Below are positions 11,401-25,686 of a DNA stretch of 39,934 bases, one piece after another. Source of the DNA: Dimargaris cristalligena. Lineage: Eukaryota. Position 1 is the first letter of the stretch. Each line of letters begins with the position of its first letter. The position numbers were made by a program, and so were the translations under genes. The stretch is from assembly GCA_003614675.1 (NCBI GenBank), contig ML002345.1, positions 1 through 39,934 on the forward strand. Direction: 5' to 3'. The notes beneath the pieces were generated by a model. It had not been told where the DNA came from. It was given only the letters and a program-made list of their open reading frames with translations, and searched no databases.

Positions 11401-14250
11401 CCTATAGTGTCCGTTTCCAATGGAAAGCGGAGTTTAATTTGCCAATTTAAAGTAGCGATAAATTATTGAGCCGCAATTATCCGCCTATGTTGCAGCTGAA
11501 ATGCACGTTCTAAAACGATCCACCCATGCCTCGGGCGGAAGGGGTTTACGGCCGACGAAGATCAGCTGCTATGGCAACTGCCCCTCAAAAAGAAAAATAG
11601 TATATCGCCAGACAAAAATTTATATCTAAGGGCACAGTATAATGGTATTTTAAATGGTAACCATACTGATTGTCCAGCTAAGTGGCTTCCGAAACGGATC
11701 ATGCCAATATTTCGATCGAACCAGACCATACAATACTCAAAGATGATCCTACTCTTGCTGAACACAACCATCGAAATGAAGCTACCTAAAATAATGTATT
11801 GGGCACTAACAAGTTCGGATTAGTTGGAAAATAGTATTATTTTGCTAAACGGTTAGTGAATCACGCCAATATGAGTGTTAGTGGGGATAGTGACTCTCCA
11901 TCTGGGCTGTGGCATGCCAGAGAGAAAATGACGTGGAATCTAGCGAGTAGGTGGGGATTAGGAAGGAGCGATGTACCCGATTTGACAATCCAGGCCCTTC
12001 GTTAGAAGACTGTACACCGACGATCGTCGTAGAGCACACACTGCTTGATTATCTCTAAAAAAACATTACAAGATGGAATGAGGGGGGGGGAGGTCGACGG
12101 AAGTGCGCTACGAATAACAAGGGTGGAGGAGGGATGGGGCTGTTTCCCGATCAATAGTCCGATGATCAGAATTTTAGGGATCGCCTCTTAAGGCACTCTA
12201 TTATTTTTAGCAAGACAGCCACGTCAATCTACCACTGTCTGCCGAGGTTGGCTCACTATGGTCAATGGAAGATATAAAAAAATAAACATGACTGTGGCAA
12301 TGTTAGACAGCGAAGGAAATTGAATACTGGAGTAGTAAGTGTAATGAATGGGAATGCCAAGGGGAAGGGCTGGGTGGATAAACACTTGGGTGAATAAGAC
12401 GGATGCCGGAAATAGTGTTGCTCAGTAATAGTACACCGGCACCCAGTTTGATAATAAAGTGCTCATCGAAGAGTCACTGCCCTAGTGTCCTAAGGTTTGC
12501 GCCGAGTCACTCGTACAGACATAAGTTAGTGTTGGGCTCACTCTGTTTGACCTACCCCACCCAGTTGGGGAATCTATTCCAGCCCCTGGTTTCATTGACT
12601 ACCCTTCCCCACTTTACCCTTTTGAACTTCCCTGGATATCAGCTGAGTTTTTTTTACAGACGGAGGTCACTAAGCCGAATCGAGAATTGGCCAGGGTAGA
12701 CGGGGCCTTGCCTATGGGAGATTTTGAGTTCGGGAAAGTAAAAGTTCAAGGGCGGTGCTCGGGGAGAATACTATGACACTCTGGCCCAAGGCACTAGTAT
12801 AGACTTTCCCCTTTGGAATTGGAGGGAATTTCGAATCCCAACCTGCGACTTGGCCCAGGATACTCTTTGACGGTTCTAGAGAACGTAGGCCCAACTGTTT
12901 CCACATTCATTAATGGGTAAAGGAGTGGCGGATTAACTTTTATTTGACCGCCGCCTCCCATTGATTCACTGGTATAGCACCTGTCTGAGTTTGAACAGCA
13001 ACTTCTTGGGTACAATTGAAATAGAACTATTCCACCTAGTGGGGCAGTCAAAGAGTGTTGGGGCGGAACCCAGTGGAGACAATCTCCTCCCCACTCGTTG
13101 ATAGTCCCTTTGAGTTAAAAGTGTACGCCGCTTCCTGATAGGTCATGTGGCCATTATCTCATGGATGGGGATGGACATCCAATGTCTGTCAGTTTTTGAC
13201 ACTGGTCATTGTCAGCCCCATACATTTCAGTAAAGCAGTTCACTACAGCCCCCGAAAGGAAAACTTAAGGTAAATTTTTTTACAGCGCTTTTGGAGTTTG
13301 GCGGCGTATTTCGGAATATAGGGTGCTCTTTTATTTTAAAATAAAAAACTTAATGCACAGCACAGTACACTATTAACTTGCCAATGTACAAAAGTGAATC
13401 AACGCCAGCCCGATGACCCAAGGCTGGACCAAGTTGGGCAAATGAATCGACATTGATCCGATGCCTGCCGGTCCGACTTGGCCCCGGCGGCACGGGATGA
13501 CAAAAACCCAGCCTGGCTAACGAGTTACCAAAAGTGGACAAGGATACGACAACTTCAGTTGTATATTACAATTTGAATGATGCCTTTTATCGCCACCCCT
13601 GTCGAACCCTTGGCTATATTTTTTTTCATTCATGTATTTCTGTACATGGGTTGGAACAGTCTGAGATAATCCATCGCTTACCATCTTCTTTCAGCGACAT
13701 TTGTTCAGTCCAAGGTCAGTTGAGTTCGGACACCGTTGCCCTTTATAGAAATTACAGGGGAAGTGGTATTCCAAAGTCATACGGTCATGCTACTATATCT
13801 CGCAGTTTAATTGACCTGCTGATGAGGGATAATTTCGATTACTAAAAACAAAAGTGTGGAGGGGGATATGGCGAAGGGGAAGTAGCCTCGAGTCCACCGA
13901 AAACTCATTTGACAGGCATGCGCCGCTACTTTGGGTGAATGAAGAAAGGAAAAAGAAGTAGACACCAAGAAAGGACATGAAGGAGAGTGAACAAAGAGCG
14001 GGCTGGGAAGTGGGGAGGGAGGCATTCACCATTCCACGCCTGGTTGGGCATATATAATTTTTCAAATAGTCGCATCAAACTGGGTGTACAGCGGCCCAAA
14101 AGTGATCTAAAAGCGTAAAACCACCTCGTACAAACGCCGGAAGCCACACTGTCTGTTTCATTTGGGTAACACTCGCAGCGCACGGAGGGACAGCAATTCA
14201 AGTAAGGGGTGATAGGCATGTTAGTTCATAGTAGTTGAGGGCAAGGGGGG

Positions 14251-14277
14251 GAGGAGGAGGAGGAGCAGCAGCAGCAG
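14251..14277. repeat. Compound trinucleotide microsatellite (GAG)5(CAG)4
   Basis: Read directly: gag x5 then cag x4, preceded by a G run. Confidence 0.8.
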
Positions 14278-17200
14278 CCGATGGGTAAGGAATGGGAACA
14301 TGGCAGGAGAGACGAGACTGGCGAAATGGATGAAGTCTAGTCATTGAATCTCTGTGGCGGAGTCCCTCCCTGTCTCCCCCCTCCACGGAAAGAGACCTGT
14401 ATGCATGCCACGTAAGATAACGAGAGGTGTGTAGCGGTGGGCCCCGCTGCTATATTGATTCGAACCTGTGTGCGGAATGAAACCCGCATGGCGGAGACTA
14501 CGGAGAAAGAGAGAGGGAAGCAGAGCTGGTGATGGGCAGTAAAATGTTTGTTTAAGTCAGGGGTAGACTTGGGTAGGCCGCCGTTGATACCACTATGTCG
14601 ATTCGATTGATATCTCTCGTATGGCATGCAGACTGTGTGGAGTTTGGGACACACTCATCATTAAAACTGGTATTATTTTTAAACTTATAACCCGGCTGTG
14701 CAATGCGACGCTGACCGACTTGCCCGTCATTAGGGATTACCAAGTGGGCTGCTGAGCGTAATTCAGAGATGGCCCAAAGGAGGAACATTGACCGGGCTGT
14801 CCATTTTCGATCATTCAAGGGCTAGCAGAATCGGCAACGCCTCCACTGAATGTTCATATCGGGAAGAAGGACTATACAATGGGGCTGATCAGCTTTCCCT
14901 CCATTTCACATTCACCTCCCTAAAACTGCAATATATAGTATAATAATAATGGGCGATTATATGATCAAGTGCAACAGGGATTGACCAGGAGTATCGGCCG
15001 GACTATACCCATTCCCCCACCCTCTGATAAATTTCAGGTAATCTAAAATTTGGGCAACGTAAGCAAATTTGGGACAGGAGTAAGACACAGTGGCGATTAC
15101 TGTTTAGGGCATCTCGTGGGGGCCCAGTCCCTCACTGCCAAGAGTAATAGTGGAATTAATACGAAATGGGGGATGCATCATTCCCCACTTCTAAGCGAGA
15201 AGGAAATGATCACTGACGTTGGCATTGGCATTTGTCAGTGAACCCTAAACCTGGTTGTTTAGGTAGGCCAATCCAAGATTGCCCCCTCCCCCTCCCCCTC
15301 CAAAAAACAAAAAAATACAATTTTCGGTAAATAAACTATACGTTAATACAAAGTTGTCTACTAAGACCATTTTCCGGCCCAACCCCGGGAAACTATAATC
15401 CGGTATCCCATTGCCGGGTGCCGGTTTTCTGCCGAGCTCGATACGGAACATGTTTGCATGATCTGACTGTCTGTTTGACGAGGTTTTGGAAACCCCGGGA
15501 GATGATTCACAGCTATTATCGAGGGCTAATTATAGATCAGTAGAGAACATTAACCACTTCCCATTTCTAATCCACGACTGAAGCACACTACCACTATCCT
15601 TATCAATAATACCACCAAATGGAGTCCAGCATGAATGGGTTTTCGAACTCCCGAGCTGGGCCGGTGGCTTAATGGGGCATGGCTGTATATCATCCCTGTC
15701 AAATGGTCTTTGTATAAAGCTCGCCCTATAGCCATTGGCCCCACGAATATCCCTTTGAAATAACGAATATTGTTGTTGTGTCTAGGGCTATTTTAATGAC
15801 GCGGGCCGATTGGCCATCACTTGATTGATGTCCAACCTGACCTGTCAGTCGAGTGCCTCCCGAGATTGGTCAGCTCATAATGAGCCCTGGCACAAAAACC
15901 TGGCTTCTCCACAACAAAAAAAAAGGGGGGGAGGTAACTTCAAACCTAGTCTCCGCGCCAATGATTAGGAGGGCATCGCCTTTTGACTGTAAGTAAACCA
16001 CATGCTACTTTGAAAATGTCCCGATTTTTTATCATGTATATTCAAACCGGGGCATTTCATGTCAGTTGGGGGTTTTTTTTTGGTAAATATAATAATAGAC
16101 ATTTCCTATTGAAAGGAAGTTGGATGGCTTATCTATTGGATGCGGTTAATTGACGCAGTGGCTGTTTAGAAGCGGAAATGGAGCATTCCCGCTTACTTTC
16201 TCTCACTCCCTCTTCTGTTTTTTTTTCTCCGCCCGCGACCTCTGTTTGTGGTGCATCTATCCGTAAATAACAATAAACGACAACCGAGCGTGCTGTCTTA
16301 CCAATTACCGACATTGCCAGTCACCTACATCCCTCACAAGACCCCCCGCTCCCTCCCAGCTATGCGCCAATATACTTGTGGCTGGATTACTGAAGGGTAT
16401 GACGAGTGTTACCGTGTCGGCTCCCCTCGCCAGCGGAGCATGGGCGAACAGCGGGCGGCGGAATAGGTTTTACTATATAGATACATGGATTCCGAACATA
16501 CATATATAAATATAATATAAGTTCGTTATGTAAACCCCCTTATAGCTAAATATAAAGGAATTGCGGCGATGACTAATAATACACGGACGCCTGCTTGACG
16601 GTTTTTCTGTGTTTAAATCAACCGGGCCCTCGGTCGCAATAAATTGTCTAATTTCGTACTAAAGCGGTAATCGCCAGGGGGGTCAACTGAAGACCTGTGT
16701 AACGCGAATATTGACAGGCTTACGGATAATACAAAAAATAATAATAGTATATATATATATAATAGTAAAGATGGGGAGCGCTAAAGGTGTGCTGGGTGGG
16801 GAAGGTGGGAATTTATGGATCAAGATGAAGGGAAACAGTCCATACCTTCCCAAAAAGCAACGGAAACTGGGCTGGGAGCGTGTACAATAAAGTCCTATCC
16901 ATAGCGCAGGTACAACCGGTGGCGGACCTGCACTACTCTAGCTGACCGACGTCTCAAACCGGCCCACGGAAGTCACTGCGGTAGGTTTGAGACGCCAGTC
17001 AAAATACTTGGGTGCGATTTAGTCAAAATATAGCTTTACATTTGGAATACGTTACCAGTCCGATGCGGAGGAAATGCCAGCGCAATACGGGGTTTAATAA
17101 CAACAGCAAAAGAAAAACCGCTAATAATACAACATCATGTACGGGCCGTGGGTATGGAATTAGGGGGTTCATAAATAACCTCGGGAAAGCTGGGAACCCT

Positions 17201-19573
17201 ATAAAGAGTTCACCACTGCTAGATTGTGCATACCAAAAGCGAGGTATCCGTCCTTGTTTGCAACAATAAATGTGGGATTCCTAACCGATTTCCCGCTAGG
17301 GATATGGTTAAGGTCAAATTGGCAGTAACCGCCGGTTGGTACGCCCCGATTAAAGCCCAATATGTGTATATTGAGCATGTCCCCGCTTTTCTGGGAAAGG
17401 GCCGAGGATAATTCTCCAACGATGGGACGGATTGTGCCAAATCCTTCCCGGCCTGCTTTACAACCACCTCCTCTCCCCTTACCTCGCTAGCCCCGTTCGA
17501 AAGGTCTAGGTTTGGGGCGAGTTGGATGCTGGAAGGGACGCATCCGTAATCCTTAACCCATTAAATGGATACCATCCGCGGGTGCCCATAATAATAGAGA
17601 CCGGAAATGGTCACCGCGTTCTTCCAAAAAATACAACAATGGTCCGCTGGTTGGTACCAGAATCATATGTTCACTCCATATGGGTGAAATTCAAACCAGC
17701 TGTATAAGGTTTTACATAATACGTGTATGGGCGAATATATGTGAGAATAACTTTTGACCAGTAATATTGGCCTCATCCAATGGATTTTTCATGATACAGC
17801 CTAAATGAACTTCTCCCATATGGACCCAGGGAGAGAGAGCGAAAAAGAGGAAATTAAACAACATTGAGGGCAGGAGTAGATGGGCTGTATTCATTTTAAT
17901 TACTTAACACATGTATATATAATGGCGGTATTATTTTTGGTAGATTATAGTAATATGGGGGTGATTAGTTTTATAGGCTGGCCCTCTCTATAGTCTGTAC
18001 TAGGCACAGGACTTGTCGATGGGAGCATTGCTAGAGATCATAGGCGTAGAATGACAGGGGGAAGGGTATATGGTAGTGCAAGCGAACCACAGTGAGGCCA
18101 GTGTACAAGGCTGACGGGATTAGTGTGGAAGGCTTCGTGGTCAACCCACGATGGTGAAGGAAGCCCATCGTCCACCCCACACACTCTTTTTTACCATTAA
18201 TAGAGGGAGAGAGAGAGGGGTATTGGGTAGAGGAGATGTATGGGAGGAGGGGGGAGGGTTTCAAAGGGCAATGGCGTGGAGAGAGGGTGGCAATATGGCT
18301 GACTACCCAGGGTGCAAGGGGCAGAGGAGACCAAAAAGTGAGCCAGGCGAAACGAGGGGAAGGCGCATCAAGCGGCCTCAGCAGTGCAGTCCGTGGCCTA
18401 GCTCCATTTCTTTAAAAAAAATATAGAATATATACTATATATATATTCTATGTATATACATTATGTTTGGTGGCCTACAGTTGCGGCTCCCTGTAGATGT
18501 GTCTATCCACCATTTAAATGCTTCACAATCAGTGACAGGTGCGTTTCTGTTAGCTTATTTTCGATTCACTAAAATCAGCGGCCACCCCCAAAAGGCACTG
18601 AGCTAGAGCAGCCTCATTGGTTAGAACTGGCCGAGGATTCAGGGACAAACAGTGTGAGGCAACCCCCAAGAAAGAGCGGCGCGGCGTAGGCCATTATAAT
18701 AATAGTTCTTGGAGTATGAAAGTGGAGGAGAGAGGAGGAGTCTCTTGACCTTTACAACCCAAGCCGGTTTAGTTGGTGAGGGAGAGAGACTCTCAGTGTG
18801 TGGTTGAGAGTGTCGCTAAAGGAGAGCCAAATTGAGAGCCATGCCAGACCGGTCCAGAGTCCAGGAGAGCCGGAGCCAAAACCGGAGCGGGGTTCCATAT
18901 GGGCTCTGCCGACGCTCCTTTGTCTGGGTTAGCTCTATAGGTCGTGGATTAAACGAGAAGCTGGAACCAGCGTATGGCTTAAATGAAGCGTAAGACGAAT
19001 ATGAAGCAGGGGAAAGGGGAGCAAGCCATTATTCTATTTATTTATTTATTTTAAAAAAAGTAGGGCACCAAGACTGGGTCACAACGCCCAAGGCAAAGGC
19101 GCTAGCTAGCTGAGCATTAGGGTGGGACAGGCAAATGTGCGACAAGTGACCTGGCACACAAAGCTCAGGCTCCTGTGGTTTAGCATGGGCGGCCAGGACG
19201 CGGCGGTTAATAGTGGTAGTGGTTGTGGTGGTGAGCGGGAACGGGAAAGAGGGAAGGGAGAAGAGAACCCTCCCCACTGATACAGGAAGGGAGAGAGGGA
19301 GGAACGGTGGGTGGGTTGGGTGGGGGAAATGACAGACGAGATGGACCGAATGGAGCGGCCCCCCCTTCACTGACACTGTGGCCGGCATTGTCCGATCCAA
19401 ATATAAATATCGACCCCGGCCACCCCCAGTGAACCGTCGCTCATCCAGCAATGCAAGCAATCGCTCTTGGTTAATCCCAGACCCCTTCCTTCCCCTTTCA
19501 CTCGTCTCATCTCCCCCCTTTCCCTTTCCTAACGTCCGCTTCCGCTTTCCCGTGTACCACTTACTCACTCCCT

Positions 19574-19581
19574 TATAAATA
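19574..19581 (+). promoter_or_regulatory. Putative TATA box for the 78-aa microprotein gene
   Basis: TATAAATA lies ~230 nt upstream of the ATG at 19805, within a CT-rich tract. A second ATATAAATAT is at 19401-19410. Confidence 0.45.
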
Positions 19582-19804
19582 CCCTGGGTTGCCCCTCGCC
19601 GAATTGCCCTTTCTAACCTTACCACTTGTCGAGATCACCCTCTCACCCAGTCGTTCATTATCTCTTTCCTCGTCATTCCATTTTTTGCATTGTACTAGTC
19701 TAGTTCGTTTGCCGCTAGCATCCCAAATCCCTTCCTACCCTTGTAAAGCACACCCTTATTACACCAATCTCCCCCATTTGTCCATTTTAAATAATCATAG
19801 CACC

Positions 19805-20041
19805 ATGACGACCCCTCCTTTTGCCTTCGCCGACGCCTCCGACTACTACAACTCGCCCGCTTCCGAACAGCAGTACGGCTACTACAATAATGATGGCGAC
19901 TCTACCGACCGTTGTCAAAGCGGCTACTACCAATACAGCCAGGAAGCCACGCGTATGGCCTACAACGTCGCCGGCGGGTACGGTTATGGTCAGCGTTCGT
20001 GGCAGCCACTAGATACCATCTGCGAGGATTCGTCCGAGTAA
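19805..20041 (+). CDS. Hypothetical 78-aa Tyr/Ser/Gly-rich microprotein with C-terminal LxxIxE motif (LDTICEDSSE)
   Basis: CACC-ATG start, strong bias toward C-ending codons (tac, aac, gac, gcc, tcc), an upstream TATA and CT-rich leader, and a C-terminus shared with 35493-35756. Confidence 0.75.
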   Translation: MTTPPFAFADASDYYNSPASEQQYGYYNNDGDSTDRCQSGYYQYSQEATRMAYNVAGGYGYGQRSWQPLDTICEDSSE

Positions 20042-23000
20042 ACCTCCGCCGCGCGTCCATCCTCACAGTGTGGTCCTCCTGGCCACCTTTGCCTTAATTC
20101 TTGTATCAACTATAACCTCTTTCTCCATACTCCTTCTCCCCCAGTCGGCGCGAGTGTCCCGACCGACCCGAAAACGTGTTAAACGACACCCTCCCCATTC
20201 CCCTTATAGTACACCCACCGCTCGAATCCCTAACCCATGTACCCCGCTGGTTCTCCCCCCCAACCACTCTTCCCCCTTCTTTATTCCGCGCCCTCCTATT
20301 CCAATTTCATTTGGCCTCTCCCCATTCTCTCTCTCTCCCCTCTCGCAACCCTATTCCGTCCGTATATTTAGTGTAGAATCCTATGATAGCTCTCCCATTC
20401 TCTATATCTTATTCTTTTCCATTAGTTTATATTCCACTTCACCGTTCTAATGATTAGATTGTCTATTCCCCCCTCCCTTTTATGTTCTTTGCTGGACTTG
20501 TTCTTATATCCTTTTCCCTAACTCAATATTTTTTTTTGCTTATCCGCCTCCTGGCCGGCTCTTACTCCTTCCCACCTGGGGGCTTTCATTCTGTCTGCAA
20601 ATAACCATGCGGCCACGACTGCACTTAGCTCACTACATGTCTCCTCCTCCCCCTTTGGCTTCTCAGTCAACCCGGGAAGAGGGGAAGGGTATCCTTCTCC
20701 ATCTTAGCTGTGTTCACCTCAGTTTTTAGCGAGTTCATTCTCCACCCTAAAAAACACAGTTGTTTCAATTGTCTTGCCGTTTCCACCTCACTTCCCTCAC
20801 CCATCATTGTATACATCCACACCATCATCCATCATCCCTAATGACCCCTCCCCTTTCACTATCACTTTGGTCCTCTGAGACTCCCCCAACCTGCCCACTG
20901 GTTTCCCTGCTTTTTGACTTGGTTTCCTTTAACACTTCGAATCTTGGAATAAAAATCGATAGCTTTCGCGCCACTATTTAAAACCCACTGCGCACATAGT
21001 TAATGGGTGGTCGCTTGGAGATGTTAAACACAATAGTATATGGTACACAGTAGGTATTTAGTAGGTGATCAGTAAGCTGGAGTATGACTTTCCACCGCCA
21101 AGTTAGCAGAGGTGACAGTAGTTCGCCGGAGGAAGCATTACACTGTGCTCGGAAGAACTGATATAACTTTATTGTCTCTTACTGAGTTCCCTGAAAGAGC
21201 TACCTTGAACAGATTAAACTGAACTTTGCTGATCTCTTAACTTATTCCCCCGGCCTGTTTAAAGAGCGGGGCCGCTATAAGCCCCGTAGGAAGCCCTCAT
21301 TTATCTTTGGCGGATTGATAAGGGCTTACCAGTGTCTCCGTTCAATTAATTGGGATTTTACAGATAAAATCACACCCTACAGGACTTACTTTACCAATGT
21401 GCTCTAGGCCAGTTCTGGTCAACTGTATGTATTTAGTGATGAATTGAACTCAGCTGTCATTGCCATTCAGTTGCCCGGCCGCTGTCAACGCGTCGACATG
21501 ATTGCCTCGCCCCGGTCCATCTCTACCGTTTTCTACGATGTCAATATATCAATGTCAGTATAGTTAATTACACACTTGCGAAACGGATCCCCTGATTGTC
21601 TAGCGACACCTAACCATGCCAGGAGATGTGCACTTCTGGGGCTGGGCGACACTCCCATGGGGATTATCAGCTCTGGTAAGGAGTGTGTGTGGGGTAAGTC
21701 CAGCGCAACGCAGTTAGTTATAGTGAGCCTTCCAAGGTGCAATTATAAAAAGGCGGATCACTTTGGCAATGAAGCTTAAAGCCCTTTTAAGCGATTGTCT
21801 TAGGATGGCCACTCTTTCGACAGATATAGTGAGAGAGAGCGAGAGTGATGTTCGTCGGGGTTCCAAGAATGTTAGCATAATAAAGCGATTCGCCATCATT
21901 TACCGGCCCTGTATACCATTGTTGGGTTGCTCCGATCAGCGCTGAACACTCTATATATCATTATAAATAGGTGTAGAGCCACGGAAGGAAGCCACCTATA
22001 ATAGATGCTACTTGTAAGTGTAGTAGTTTGCGGAGGAATTCGCGGCACTATGACGCCAGTTTTGGTCCAAATTAATAGCATACTTATTGCCCACCCACCG
22101 TCCTCTTCCGATGCCTAGGCGCATTACTCAAAGGAATGGCTAATCCTTTAAAATTCAATCGGCTCACTTCACCATACTCGCCCCTGTACTTAGACAGTGT
22201 TGCTTTATCCATCCATCAGCCGCCCTATGGACAATATGGGAGAAGTTCATCCAAGCTGTATAACGAAAAATCCATTAGATTCGGCCAATATTACTAGTTA
22301 AAAATAAATTTCCCATATATTCTCCCATACACATATAATGCAAACCCTTATATAGCTGGGCTGAATTTCACCCATATAGATAGGAAGCTGGATAAGGGGC
22401 GATTACGGGAAGCATGCTTGTCGCCCCACTTATATTCCCCAATTTAGGCTAGATCACCAGAGCCACGTGAATTTGGCTTGGCTCCGTCGCCTTTAGCCGC
22501 GTCTGGGTCGACTATGCTAATATTATACAAGAATGGCATCCCTTCACTGCTGACAGTGTTCAGTGGAAGGTCAGGATAAACCTGCCGGATAATCTGTCAA
22601 CAATCGGTGAACTATACTATGCCATACTCATTTATTCATACGTATACCGCTAAGGAGGCCGGGAAAACCACGGCACAGAGCCAAGTAATATGCGCAATAC
22701 GCGTGTATATCTATCTACATATCCTTGCGAAGGTAAAATATTGAAGTATACTGCATTGGATAAATAAGGGGCTGCGTATTTTCATTCTTGAATATCCTCA
22801 TATGGATATATTTAGGCCCCAGAGGGTTAAGTAGTGGGTGATTGAATCATATTCGCTATTTTCAGTGGAAGGGGGTTAATTGGTACCTGTGAGAAATCAG
22901 GAAGAGGGTTCACGTTTCCCTCGGCATAGCAACTCCTTTTTCCTCCCTAAAAAAATCCACAATGGTGAGTAACCGCGCAGCGGCCCTTCTTCATCATCTC

Positions 23001-25686
23001 TGGCGAACAGACATATTTATTATTCCAGGACCGCCAGCCGGCCGGAATTTGCGGGTGAAACCAAAAATAAAATAGGCGAATCCTGGCATTATGCTCTATG
23101 AATAGCGGGCATCCGTACTATCTGAAAACGTCAACCAAATACCAATTCAAAAAACCGGCCTGGTCCGTGTTTACGATGTCCCAATAGGGCCATATCAGCG
23201 TGAACGTGGAAGGGCTGTATTTGGTAAAATTTCCGCTCGCCTACCACCTGACGCAAGCAATCCTTAATACCGCTGCGGCGGTGCTTAATGGCGGTGCGAT
23301 TGTGTAATGATGATCCGAATAATGCCCAAGAAATTGCAAAGGGTAAATCCCAAAACAATGATTTACGTTCCGGATGAAGAGGGCCATGCCACAAACTATA
23401 CCTGCCCATGGCGGGGTGCATGAGGAGGGGGGGAGGACCCCACGCTGAGATGGTGTATGCCACATAGTTCTGGTCCTCTTCCAACTTTGACACGCCAGTC
23501 AACCACGCAGCTTGCCAAATCAAGATGGTGCGGAAAGACGAGGTGGATGGGATAACCCCCGCTTGCCATTATGGCGTCTCAGCTCGTGGCAGATGAAGGC
23601 GTTATTTATGGGACGGTTATCTGGACATTTGGCTATGGTAATGCACGCCCCCTGCTCCTGCACTCCGCCATGAAACAGACTGCTGAAACACATGCGCGTT
23701 GTAGCAGGTTTAGCAACCTTTTATTGCATGGTCCCGCTGCAGTAATCGAGCCAAGGCGAGTTTTCATGATACTGGCCCATATGAAAGGATTTATGGGCTT
23801 GACCAAGTTAATTATTGAGCTATAGCGACTTATCGTAGAATGCATTCTCAATTATATTTCCTCCTAAGCCCCGACTCAATCTGTGTGAAGCTTCTCAATG
23901 GCCCGCGGTTTTCCTTTCAAATGATAACATCTCATACATACTCACTCCTCCAGACACGCTTTCACATATACTCTGGCCATTCAGCAGTGGTTGGTATTCC
24001 CATGAATATATCGATGAGGCATGTCGAGTGTCAAATATAACCCACATGTTTGCCCCGTATATTAGGTGTACTGAACGAAAAAGCAGGGGGTGATATCCCG
24101 AATTACAACCCCGGTCCCAGGTAGATATATGTACCCAGCTGCAGCCAACTATGGGCGCGGACCGTTAACCAGGGGATGATAAGGCGAGGAGGAGATGCAT
24201 CCTTAGGTTCCCAGCACCTTAAGCGGTATTTACTGTGAGCAGAGTAAAAAATAGACGAGTGTTCGGTCCAAGGTCGAACTGGGAAAAGGGATTTATAATT
24301 ATTCCATGACCATACCAATGCATAAATTACTCAGCCTTGTAATAGTCATCCGGTCCACGGTAGCGATGTACAGCTTATCGAGTTTCAGCTGCGGAGTAGT
24401 ATTTAAAAATAATATGTATCCATTATAGGGAGATAGCCAAGGAAGTTGGACTGAGGTTGGAAAAAAGGTGCATTAGGACTGCTCCCAGTATATTATAGAA
24501 GGCAGTATTCGGGGATACACCTGTATGAGTCGAGGGAATGGATGAAACATTACTGCAGCGTTAATACTCCTACTGAATACTAATCTAACCACGCAATTAT
24601 ATAACAAGATATAACAGATTAATATACCAATTCAGGTAACGAATGGCCCCTGGGTGGGATTGGAAATGGGAAGCATCCAGACTTTCAACTACAATTCAAG
24701 GTTAGATTCGGGATCCGACTGGGGCTCGGTTTCGTTCCAAATAGATAGGGGAACGAGGTTTCCTATTCAATTTTAAGTACTATTACTAACCATTCGAACA
24801 TCTAGTTTTCTGTAGTAGCGGATTCACATTGAGCGAGGCCAAATGTATACTAATATTGGTCGCTACGCTAAAAATACTTGGCCCTGTATTGAATAATCCC
24901 CACTCGTCCCCGAGCCCGTTTGGAATTACTGGTTTACAATTACACCAGGACTTGGTATTGCACATACAAGCAGTTGCAGGTTATCGTATGCCTACGGAAT
25001 AATAGGCTCTACAGTCAACTTGTTGGTTTGAAGAAGTAGTGTCGGTATTATTCACTATTGGTCATTCATAAAACCAGTCATGGACTACGTTTGAATCGTA
25101 TGTCCCTTCCACCGCCCACCATTTACTCTAAACTTAGGAGGAAATAATTTGCATCACTTTTGTTGCCGCTTCTTATCACCGGCTCCTTTATGCATCCACC
25201 CTGGCTAATACCAGCATTTTTAGGTCTATTCCAGCCCCAGACACGCGGAATACACTAGCCCGACCACCCTGAGTGCTATTACTGACACCCTCGCTTGGGT
25301 TACTGTTCCCCTGGTTGAAGCCACCCTGGTCCGATCTAGATAGGAGCGATGGACTCCATTACCTGTTCTGTTACCAGTCATTTTGGGATGGCAGCAATTG
25401 CCATTGTAATTACACTCTGAAAATTGGTTCCTCTTAGAACTGCCATCGCCCTATAAATAGGATGGCTATCCCGCTATTGAGCACGTTGGAAGCTGGATCT
25501 CTCCCAACTGCGTTCACGTTTCTACTTCTCCTAATCACTTGGCTACTCCATTCCTACTATCGATCATTCAGTCGTCATTCAATAAAGCCAAATGAGGAGA
25601 GACTCCTGATCACTTAGCGGCTTTTATCTCTTATTATGGTTTTCAGTTTTTTTTTCTCTTGCAGACTATTTAGAATCCGTTCCAAC

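Noticed and set aside
8825-13845. Many 60-115 aa ORFs upstream of YOP1
   Set aside because: They have no recognisable motifs, mostly non-ATG starts and no consistent codon bias or splice pattern.
14221-14301. Minus-strand 26-aa ORF MFPFLTHR-L9-PPLPSTTMN resembling a signal peptide
   Set aside because: The Leu run is just the (GAG)5(CAG)4 microsatellite, and the ORF stops immediately with no splice donor to a mature domain.
18420-18460. Apparent inverted repeat ATAGAATATATA...TATATATTCTAT
   Set aside because: It is largely explained by self-complementary (TA)n low-complexity sequence.
19038-19625. 195-aa minus-strand ORF
   Set aside because: It is the antisense reading of purine/pyrimidine-skewed promoter DNA, with no domain and a non-ATG start.
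19589-19804. N-terminal extension of the 150-aa ORF in the track (TTG start)
   Set aside because: It is a CT-rich leader translating to L/S/P/H low complexity. The CACC-ATG at 19805 and the codon bias mark the likely start.
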